In this document: one piece after another, positions 27,053 to 32,000 of the stretch
How positions within the stretch are numbered: position 1 is the stretch's first letter
Layout of the letters: every line of letters starts with the position of its first letter
NCBI RefSeq assembly: GCF_000018785.1
Contig: NC_010163.1
Coordinates: forward strand, 1,464,993-1,496,992
Direction of reading: 5' to 3'
From: Acholeplasma laidlawii PG-8A
Lineage (GTDB): Bacteria > Bacillota_I > Bacilli_A > Acholeplasmatales > Acholeplasmataceae
DNA length: 32,000 nt
Position numbers and translations under genes: made by a program
Notes under the pieces: generated by a model
The model's database searches: none
Told to the model about the DNA's origin: nothing
Seen by the model: the letters and a program-made list of their open reading frames with translations, nothing else

Positions 27053-28195
27053 TTAGTCATCAGTATTTATATTTTTAAAGTCGGAATGTTCAATTTTGTA
27101 GACATTCTTATTTAAACGGTTCATTGGTATCATTAAAGTCCTAATACTTTCTGATAACCTTTGAATATCTTTTTCTAAGGTATTAAAACGTTCAAATACT
27201 AGTCTAAAATCATTATAGAGTTTGTTGATTTCATCAAGCATTTTTTCGGCATTCTTTTCTTTTTCTAGATCTTGATTGATGACTAGTATCATTGTAAGCA
27301 TATAAACTAATGTAGTAGGAGATGTGATCCACACCTTCTTTTTAGATGCATACTCTACTAAATGAATATAGTTTGCTTGAATCTCTGAGAATACTGCCTC
27401 ACTTGGTATAAACATTAAAGCATAGTCAGTTGTTTCATTTTTGATGATATATCTACTAGCAATATCATCAATATGTTTTTTAATATTTTGTTCAAAAAGT
27501 TTTGATGCATTTTTTCTTTCACTATCTTCTAAGTTTGAATCATACATCCTAATATAATTTTCTAGTGAAAACTTTGAGTCAATTGGAATATTTAGAGCAT
27601 CACCACTACCATAGACTATAGCATCCACTACTGTTTGATTAGATAGTTTATGTTGTTTAGTAAATAAAGTTTTATTGTTTTCACCAAAGACATTTTCTAG
27701 TATTTGGTATAACTGTAACTCACCATACATACCTCTTAGTTTTTTATCTGACAAATAAGATTTTAAATCATTTACATGCCCAGATAGGTTTTCAATATTC
27801 TTTTGTGTGGTATCAATAATAGTTAGTTTTTCAAGCATAGAACTAAAGAGTTTATCACTTGATTGAAAACCTTCTTTCAGTCTTGTTTCTACCTTATCAT
27901 TCATCGATTGTAAATCGACATTCAGTTTGGTTGAAATGGCTTCTTTAAAGTAATTAATGGTTCTTTCTAATTCCAGTTGGCTTTGCAAATTTTGTTTATC
28001 TAGTTCTGTTTTAAAATCCGTTTTTAGATACTCAATTTTAGATAGAATTTCTTGTTGCTGTCTACCTTTTACTTCATCATTAGGAGACTTTTTACCCTTA
28101 ATAAATACAATCATTAGAATCATTAAAAAGACTATAATAACACTCATACCGGTGAGTAAAATAATTTCTGTAGTAGTCACTTTATACCTCCACAT
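27053..28195 (-). CDS. rmuC: RmuC-family protein (DNA recombination protein RmuC homolog)
   Basis: N-terminal TM, long coiled coil, then LRGMYGELQLYQILENVF...VDAIVYGSGDALNIPIDSKFSLENY...VWITSPTTLVYMLTM. Confidence 0.88.
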   Translation of the reverse strand: MWRYKVTTTEIILLTGMSVIIVFLMILMIVFIKGKKSPNDEVKGRQQQEILSKIEYLKTDFKTELDKQNLQSQLELERTINYFKEAISTKLNVDLQSMNDKVETRLKEGFQSSDKLFSSMLEKLTIIDTTQKNIENLSGHVNDLKSYLSDKKLRGMYGELQLYQILENVFGENNKTLFTKQHKLSNQTVVDAIVYGSGDALNIPIDSKFSLENYIRMYDSNLEDSERKNASKLFEQNIKKHIDDIASRYIIKNETTDYALMFIPSEAVFSEIQANYIHLVEYASKKKVWITSPTTLVYMLTMILVINQDLEKEKNAEKMLDEINKLYNDFRLVFERFNTLEKDIQRLSESIRTLMIPMNRLNKNVYKIEHSDFKNINTDD

Positions 28196-29108
28196 CTTCT
28201 AAGTAATAAACATGTATACCATCTGATTTAGTTTCTTTATAAATGGTCATATAGGTATCACTTGATAGTAAGATATCATACATGCTAGGAAATATGCCAT
28301 CACGGTCTAATGTGTAATTAGTACCTAGATCTTTATTAATTTGACCAAAGGCGCGTGTGACTAAATCTGTACAATAATATTTGTATTTGGTATCAAATAT
28401 GAATAGGTAATTATATAGACCTCTGTTTGTTTTATCTTTAGCGTAATTTACTGCAACATCCAGTTCAGCATCAAAGGTTTCTATGTCTTTACTTTTTAAC
28501 CTAAGTGACATAATTTCATCTCTATAAAATCTACCATAATAAGGATACTCTGAATGTGTTTCATTTCTAAATGGAGTCATCCAATAATTTGATACAGATT
28601 GAACACTTAAACCATATTTATCCGTCTCATCATACCCACGGTGCATGATTACATTAAATATGGTAGTAAAATCTAAGGTGCCATTATCACCAATTCCGGT
28701 GGACTGATAAATTTGATTATTGTCCCCTACTAATGCAGCATGTCCACCAAGCCAGTAACCATAGATTTGATCTACAACTGGTATATATGGAAAAGGAGAT
28801 TCAAAGGTTAATAGGATATCACCTTTTTGTCCTGGATTTACCTTACTAGCATCAAAGAATACTGAGCGTGTATCACTTAGTTCATACTCATAGGTTCGTT
28901 TGATTTTATGATAAAAATAGGTGGTGTCATGTTGACTCACCTCAACTGTTTCATATGCTCTACTTTTAAAGTCATTAATGATCTGAGTTTTCTTAATATT
29001 TTCATAGGTTGATTCCCCTATAAAGTAAGCTATCAGTAAGATAAATGCTAAAGCTATATATTTAATTGTTTTTCTAAGTACTTTAGTTATTTTCTTTTTA
29101 TTTTTCAT
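28182..29108 (-). CDS. Membrane-anchored permuted papain-like (YiiX/NlpC-P60 superfamily) protein
   Basis: N-terminal TM; GDILLTFESPF...YWLGGHAALVGDNNQIYQSTG (catalytic His) and YKYYCTDLVTRAFGQI (catalytic Cys) in permuted order. Confidence 0.65.
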   Translation of the reverse strand: MKNKKKITKVLRKTIKYIALAFILLIAYFIGESTYENIKKTQIINDFKSRAYETVEVSQHDTTYFYHKIKRTYEYELSDTRSVFFDASKVNPGQKGDILLTFESPFPYIPVVDQIYGYWLGGHAALVGDNNQIYQSTGIGDNGTLDFTTIFNVIMHRGYDETDKYGLSVQSVSNYWMTPFRNETHSEYPYYGRFYRDEIMSLRLKSKDIETFDAELDVAVNYAKDKTNRGLYNYLFIFDTKYKYYCTDLVTRAFGQINKDLGTNYTLDRDGIFPSMYDILLSSDTYMTIYKETKSDGIHVYYLEDVEV

Positions 29109-29164
29109 AAGTAAATTATAACATTAAATGATTATTTTCATGTGCTTTGATTTAGGTGTAAAAA

Positions 29165-29191
29165 AAATATCTCCAATCATGGGAGATATTT
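29165..29191 (-). terminator. Intrinsic terminator after jag
   Basis: AAATATCTCC / GGAGATATTT stem followed by a T-run on the minus strand. Confidence 0.8.
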
Positions 29192-29205
29192 TATAATTTA
29201 AGTAT

Positions 29206-29823
29206 TTATTTTTTTGGTCTGATGATGATTGCGCGTTCTTCGCCTTCACCTTCAGAATATGTTTCAACATCACGCCACTCAGTTAATTTAGAGTGAACAA
29301 TACGACGATCGAATGCATTCATTGGGTCAAGTTTGACTGCAATACCACTTCTTGCTACATCTTTAGCGGTTTTAGTTGCCATAATTTCTAATTGGCGTTT
29401 TCTTGATGCATGGTAGTTTCCAATATCTAATGTAACTAGTATTGGTTCTTCAACAAATGTTGACAAATGGTTTCTTAATAATGTTTGGAAAGCTAATAAA
29501 GTCTTACCTTCTTTACCGATTAATAAAGCATTTTCTGAAGTTTGAAGGCGGTACGTAATTGTGGATTCATCTGGTGATTGAATTTCCATTTTTACATCAA
29601 TACCTAATGCAGTTACCATATTTTCTAAGTATTGTTTACCTTCAATAGCTAAATCGATATTAGGGCTTGCTTTATAAAGTGTGCTTCCACCAACGCCAAG
29701 AAAGCCTTTTTTCTCTTTTAATACTTCTAATTTAATTTTAGCTTCTGATATTTTTAGTATATCTGACGCTTTTTTAGTTGCTTCTTGAAGCGTTTTAGCT
29801 TCGATTTCAATAACTTTTAGCAT
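29206..29823 (-). CDS. jag: Jag/SpoIIIJ-associated RNA-binding protein (Jag_N, KH, R3H)
   Basis: IEIEAKTLQEATKKASDIL...KKGFLGVGG (Jag_N), KH ENALLIGKEGKTLLAFQTLLR, R3H DRRIVHSKL...TYSEGEGEERAIIIRPK; next to yidC. Confidence 0.93.
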   Translation of the reverse strand: MLKVIEIEAKTLQEATKKASDILKISEAKIKLEVLKEKKGFLGVGGSTLYKASPNIDLAIEGKQYLENMVTALGIDVKMEIQSPDESTITYRLQTSENALLIGKEGKTLLAFQTLLRNHLSTFVEEPILVTLDIGNYHASRKRQLEIMATKTAKDVARSGIAVKLDPMNAFDRRIVHSKLTEWRDVETYSEGEGEERAIIIRPKK

Positions 29824-29837
29824 GTCTAACCCCTTTC

Positions 29838-31313
29838 TTAGATGATGCTTTGTGAAGCTCTAGTTTTTTCGTATTTCTTTTCAGATAATTTTCTATTAAT
29901 GAATGATTGACCAATTGAGAACAGGTTACCAATGATCCAGTAGAATCCTAACGCATTTACTGATGTGATTGTAGTTAATACCATCATACCAATCATAACG
30001 TTTGATACTGTCTTCATTGTTTTAGCTTGTTGTTCTGCTTGTTCCGTCTTCACTTGAGTTCCTGTATTTTTAGCATAACTTGGTTTCTTTTGAGATAGAT
30101 GTTGTAATAACCACATAGTCACACCAACGATTGCAGCTAAGACATAACTTGTTACATCATTAAATCCACCTGCAGATAAATCAATTAATCCGAATAAGAT
30201 TTTATGATTGTTTACGTTTGCAGCATACATACCACCAGGTACTGTAATACGGTAAACAGTTTGGAACATTGCTAAGAAGATTGGCATTTGAAGAATTGGT
30301 GTAAAACATCCTAATACTGAAATACCATGTTTCTTATATAGTTGCATCATTTCCATTTGCATTTTTTGTTGTGAAGCAGGGTCTTTTTTGAGTGCATATT
30401 TATTTTGTAATTTAGTTAACTCTGGTTGTGCAACAGCCATTTTAATTGACATATCATTTGCTTTGGCATAAATTGGCCATGCAATTGTACGAACAATAAT
30501 GGTTGCAAATAAGATACCTAAACCAAAACTATTTAATCCAAATAAGGATGCAAAGAATTGCATTAAAAATGAAATTGGGATAATGAAAACCCAGTCCCAT
30601 ACATAGCCTAACCATGTATTTTCCATTTTAGTGTTAATTGGTAGTTGGTTATCCGCTGGTTTATAAGATAAATTCTTAATGACTTGGACTGTGTCGTTTA
30701 GATCATGGAATTCAAATGATAAAACGTTATTTGAATTGATCTTAAACACATTATCTTCATAGTTTTCTGGTGTTGCCAAATACTTTTGAGCATTAGCTCC
30801 AGTTTCTTTAATAACTTCCGTGTTTGCTTTTGTATTAAACTGAGCAGAAATTACTTGAACTTTTTCTAAATCAATTTGGTTTGTAATTACTGTAAAGAAT
30901 AATGCATTAACGTTTTTGATTTTGTCTGCATCGTTTTCAACACCATAAGTTGGACTTAAAGCAGATACAACAATATCATTTGGATTACTTACTGTACCTT
31001 CATACCCTGTTTGGTACACATATACATTATATTTATGACCACGAACAGTGATTTCATAGATATTATTACCTAATGATACGCTTGTTACTTCTGTAGATGC
31101 AACATCTACTCTAGATGAAGTCTTGTTTTTTTGGATGGAGTAAAATTCGAAATCTCCTGTTTCAATGATTGGACCATTTGCATTGGTTTCATCCATTGTA
31201 TAAACAATTTTATTTGGTGATAGGAAAGTATCAATTTCAGATGTATCAGGTGAACATGCAACCAACACTAATCCAAACACTAACACCGTAAGTACTGCTA
31301 ATATTTTACGCAT
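29838..31313 (-). CDS. yidC: YidC/OxaA/SpoIIIJ membrane insertase
   Basis: Lipobox LVLVACS; WDWVFIIPISFLMQFF...GLGILFATIIVRTIAWPIYAKAND...PVLGCFTPILQMPIFLAMFQTVYR-type core (here GISVLGCFTPILQMPIFLAMFQTVYR); rnpA neighbour. Confidence 0.95.
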   Translation of the reverse strand: MRKILAVLTVLVFGLVLVACSPDTSEIDTFLSPNKIVYTMDETNANGPIIETGDFEFYSIQKNKTSSRVDVASTEVTSVSLGNNIYEITVRGHKYNVYVYQTGYEGTVSNPNDIVVSALSPTYGVENDADKIKNVNALFFTVITNQIDLEKVQVISAQFNTKANTEVIKETGANAQKYLATPENYEDNVFKINSNNVLSFEFHDLNDTVQVIKNLSYKPADNQLPINTKMENTWLGYVWDWVFIIPISFLMQFFASLFGLNSFGLGILFATIIVRTIAWPIYAKANDMSIKMAVAQPELTKLQNKYALKKDPASQQKMQMEMMQLYKKHGISVLGCFTPILQMPIFLAMFQTVYRITVPGGMYAANVNNHKILFGLIDLSAGGFNDVTSYVLAAIVGVTMWLLQHLSQKKPSYAKNTGTQVKTEQAEQQAKTMKTVSNVMIGMMVLTTITSVNALGFYWIIGNLFSIGQSFINRKLSEKKYEKTRASQSII

Positions 31314-31675
31314 TAATTTTGAGCCTCTTTTTCTATAAGTTTTGCTTTAATAAGCAATTTAGTTATGTTTTCTTTTATTAAATCATAAGGTAAAAGATTT
31401 GATTGTGGTCGTACCACAATAACAAATCTGTACTTAGGATTTATATAGTTTGAATAGTTTGAAACGATATATCGAAGTCGACGCTTAGCTTGGTTTCTTT
31501 CTACTGCGTTTCCGAATTTCTTGCCGATCGATATCGCATACTTAAAGTGAGGTGTTTCATGAGGTATAAAGTATATAACAAAATATCCGTTACCCACGGA
31601 TTTTTTTTCTTTAAAAACTAAATCCAATTCGTTTTTACTTTTTATAGAATATACTCTCTTCACTACAAACCTCAA
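31313..31675 (-). CDS. rnpA: Ribonuclease P protein component
   Basis: KSKNELDLVFKEKKSVGNGYFVIYF...KFGNAVERNQAKRRLR; stop overlaps yidC ATG (TAATG). Confidence 0.95.
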   Translation of the reverse strand: MRFVVKRVYSIKSKNELDLVFKEKKSVGNGYFVIYFIPHETPHFKYAISIGKKFGNAVERNQAKRRLRYIVSNYSNYINPKYRFVIVVRPQSNLLPYDLIKENITKLLIKAKLIEKEAQN

Positions 31676-31765
31676 ATTAAAAAATAAAGGACTACCTAAA
31701 ACAAATAAACAATATTTGTTAATGATCTGGTAGTCCTGGTATTTATTAACTTTTATATAATTTTA

Positions 31766-31900
31766 TTAAACAGTTAAAGATTGGCGACCCTTAGCTCTTC
31801 TTCTTGCTAATACTTTACGTCCATTAGCAGTAGCCATACGAGCTCTAAATCCGTGCCTTCTTTGATGTTTGATTTTACTTGGTTGATATGTTCTTTTCAT
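31766..31900 (-). CDS. rpmH: 50S ribosomal protein L34
   Basis: [44 protein letters not shown], 44 aa; true ATG at 31900. Confidence 0.98.
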   Translation of the reverse strand: MKRTYQPSKIKHQRRHGFRARMATANGRKVLARRRAKGRQSLTV

Positions 31901-31940
31901 AATCAAAAAACCACCTTTCTTATGAAACCTTGCTTTTCTT

Positions 31941-31969
31941 ATTATAAATAAAGTGTTCTTAAAAGTCAA
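31941..31969 (-). promoter_or_regulatory. Promoter of rpmH-rnpA-yidC-jag
   Basis: TTGACT (31969-31964), 17-bp spacer, TATAAT (31946-31941) on the minus strand. Confidence 0.85.
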
Positions 31970-32000
31970 ACATAAAATGGTCTTTCTTTTATTTATTTAT

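Noticed and set aside
27041-27057. CTAATTT-ATA-AAATTAG palindrome as rmuC terminator
   Set aside because: Too AT-rich and without a strong T-run; it overlaps the T-box promoter spacer, so a terminator call is not supported.
31901-31969. 23-aa N-terminal extension of rpmH
   Set aside because: L34 starts at MKRTYQPS; the extension overlaps the promoter.
31901-32000. Possible oriC with DnaA boxes
   Set aside because: Gene context predicts oriC/dnaA nearby, but no convincing DnaA-box cluster is visible before the window ends.
1-32000. CRISPR arrays, insertion sequences, prophage, toxin-antitoxin or known defence genes
   Set aside because: No spaced direct repeats, transposase/integrase motifs or typical defence domains were seen in the track or raw sequence.

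Overview
This window reads as a low-GC Mollicutes chromosome segment, most likely Acholeplasma-like. TGA is used as a stop and TGG as Trp. The right end carries the conserved rpmH-rnpA-yidC-jag cluster that usually sits beside dnaA/oriC. Nearly every gene is on the minus strand. The only plus-strand unit is a LytTR response regulator plus GHKL histidine kinase pair (18798-20876). Most notable is a very tightly packed 7-gene minus-strand array (18713->12623): GPx-like protein, HrtB/DevC-like permease, HrtA-like ATPase, VTE5-like prenol kinase, CrtN-like desaturase, CrtM-like synthase, and a VTE6-like (DUF92) protein. It is divergent from the two-component pair. I read it as a candidate prenol-salvage-to-carotenoid and membrane-stress module. 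Other items of interest: a sugar ABC operon with a strong promoter, a 36-codon leader ORF whose stop lies inside an intrinsic terminator hairpin, LacI-like operators, and a coiled-coil insertion in the ATPase; a DAK2-DegV (FakA/FakB-like) fusion; a secreted lamin-tail + SNase lipoprotein paired with an orphan two-TM protein; tandem DHH/NrnA paralogs; and an Asn T-box upstream of asnS-phr. No CRISPR array, transposon, rRNA or tRNA gene was recognised. All assignments are by eye from sequence motifs; no database search was run.
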